Positions 31,136-32,003 of a DNA stretch of 32,003 nt are shown here, in pieces. Below the pieces are notes generated by a model. It was not told the DNA's origin. It searched no databases and saw only the letters and a list, made by a program, of their open reading frames with translations. Positions within the stretch are counted from its first letter, which is position 1; each line of letters opens with the position of its first letter. Origin of the DNA: an uncultured Candidatus Saccharibacteria bacterium (GTDB lineage Bacteria; Patescibacteriota; Minisyncoccia; UBA6257; GWB1-50-10); contig CAYIEJ010000003.1 in the NCBI GenBank assembly GCA_964362455.1, forward strand, positions 1-32,003. The letters are read 5' to 3'. Made by a program: the position numbers and the translations under genes.

Positions 31136-31681
31136 ATGGCAAATAAAGTTGATAACTATTTAAAAAAAATCGTTGAATTAGGAAAAATTCAACACGCGCT
31201 TGATCTTGGAGCCGGCGACGGTGTTTTATCAATTTATTGTGCAGGTTTTGGAATCAAAGTTGATTCAGTAGACATCAAAGAACCGCCCGCCCATCTTAAA
31301 AATCATCCCTCCATAAATTTTTGGAAATCCGATTTAACGCAAATGACTTTAGAACGCAAAAAATACGATTTCATTATTCTGCGATCAATTCTTCACCTTT
31401 TCGAATCAAAAATTGTTTTTCAAAAAATTCTACCCCAAGTTCAGCTTTCACTAAAAACAAATGGATTTTTATATCTCACAACCCTGACGCCGCCGCCCGA
31501 AAGTGACAAATTCACACATCTTCCTGAAGAAATAATTAAAGCTCTGCCAGATTTAAAACTTTGTGCTCTAAAAGAAGAAAAAAATATCCACAAAATTTCA
31601 GGTAAAAAAATAATTCATTCCTTCTGGCGGTTAATTTTTGAAAAAACTAAAAATAGCTTCTGCAGCATTAATTTTGAATAA
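31136..31681 (+). CDS. class I SAM-dependent methyltransferase
   Basis: 181 aa with motif I ALDLGAGDGVLSIY, followed by VDSVD and FIILRSILHLF. Confidence 0.75.
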   Translation: MANKVDNYLKKIVELGKIQHALDLGAGDGVLSIYCAGFGIKVDSVDIKEPPAHLKNHPSINFWKSDLTQMTLERKKYDFIILRSILHLFESKIVFQKILPQVQLSLKTNGFLYLTTLTPPPESDKFTHLPEEIIKALPDLKLCALKEEKNIHKISGKKIIHSFWRLIFEKTKNSFCSINFE

Positions 31682-31785
31682 AAATATTTTTTGTGCTCTG
31701 ACCTATCCACGCACCAAGCTTTGCTCTGGCGCGGGACTTCGCTTGGTTCCGCGCTTCGCTTTCCAGTTCGCTAACAAATTTTTGA

Positions 31786-31903
31786 CTGCTGGCACAACCT
31801 ACTTTCCCCAGCCCCGAAGGTCTAAGTATCATCAGTTTTGTGTGCTTTCACTTCCGAGTTCGGAATGGATCGGGTGGACCACACACAAACTAAACACCAG
31901 CAG
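31786..31903 (-). rRNA. rrf: 5S ribosomal RNA
   Basis: The minus strand reads CTGCTGGTG...GGTCCACCCGATCCATTCCGAACTCGGAAGTGAAAGC...GATGATACTTAG...GGGAAAGTAGGTTGTGCCAGCAG. It has the conserved loop C/helix III motif, and helix I closes as CTGCTGG/CCAGCAG. Confidence 0.9.
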
Positions 31904-32003
31904 ACAAAAATTTGGGAACGAACCGCAAACTGACGCTCCCCCCGCCTTCGCGCAAGCTTCGGCGGGGCACTCAATTTTGTAATTCCTCACAAAGTTCGGA
32001 AAC

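Noticed and set aside
31690-31785. Possible tRNA downstream of the 5S rRNA
   Set aside because: I could not build a cloverleaf on either strand. There is no GGTTCRANTCC-like T-arm and no D-arm consensus. The inverted repeats are better read as terminator or processing hairpins.
31638-31982. 114-aa + strand ORF
   Set aside because: It runs antisense through the 5S rRNA gene and its GC-rich flanks. It is an artefact of non-coding structured sequence.

Overview
AT-rich bacterial chromosomal segment. The gene content looks like a reduced-genome, CPR/Patescibacteria-type organism; that assignment is inferred from gene content only. Backbone genes include a type IV pilin-like cluster, dnaX, ychF and scpA/scpB. 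There is a dispersed cell-wall/division set: D-Ala-D-Ala carboxypeptidase, mraY, an amidohydrolase-like gene, ftsW, murG, two M23 peptidases and murC. Also present are gltX, RNase P RNA, rnhA, a DHH phosphoesterase, pgk, a type II NADH dehydrogenase, a methyltransferase and a 5S rRNA at the right edge.

The outstanding locus is 24.07-25.81 kb. A 274-aa minus-strand protein with an IS110-C-terminal/Nop-like RNA-binding module is flanked on both sides by arrays. In these arrays two conserved 9-mers (TGGCTCGCT / TGGATTTCT on the + strand) alternate with 9-nt variable segments. The period is a strict 36 bp, with 13 units and 26 spacers. There are no cas genes. This matches my recollection of TIGR-Tas (tandem interspaced guide RNA arrays plus a Nop-domain Tas protein), here in a form without a nuclease domain. 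Duplicated promoters, terminators and array-flanking modules point to minus-strand transcription.

Other notable items:
- Three MITE-like elements with 4-bp target-site duplications, one inserted exactly in an ATGA stop/start overlap.
- A thrice-repeated perfect palindrome, one copy directly upstream of a TrpR/YerC-like regulator.
- An unannotated 34-aa peptide with 10 cysteines.
- A GC-rich, probably structured non-coding island upstream of gltX.
- A free-standing LAGLIDADG endonuclease.
- GC-rich palindromic in-frame insertions in murC and pgk.
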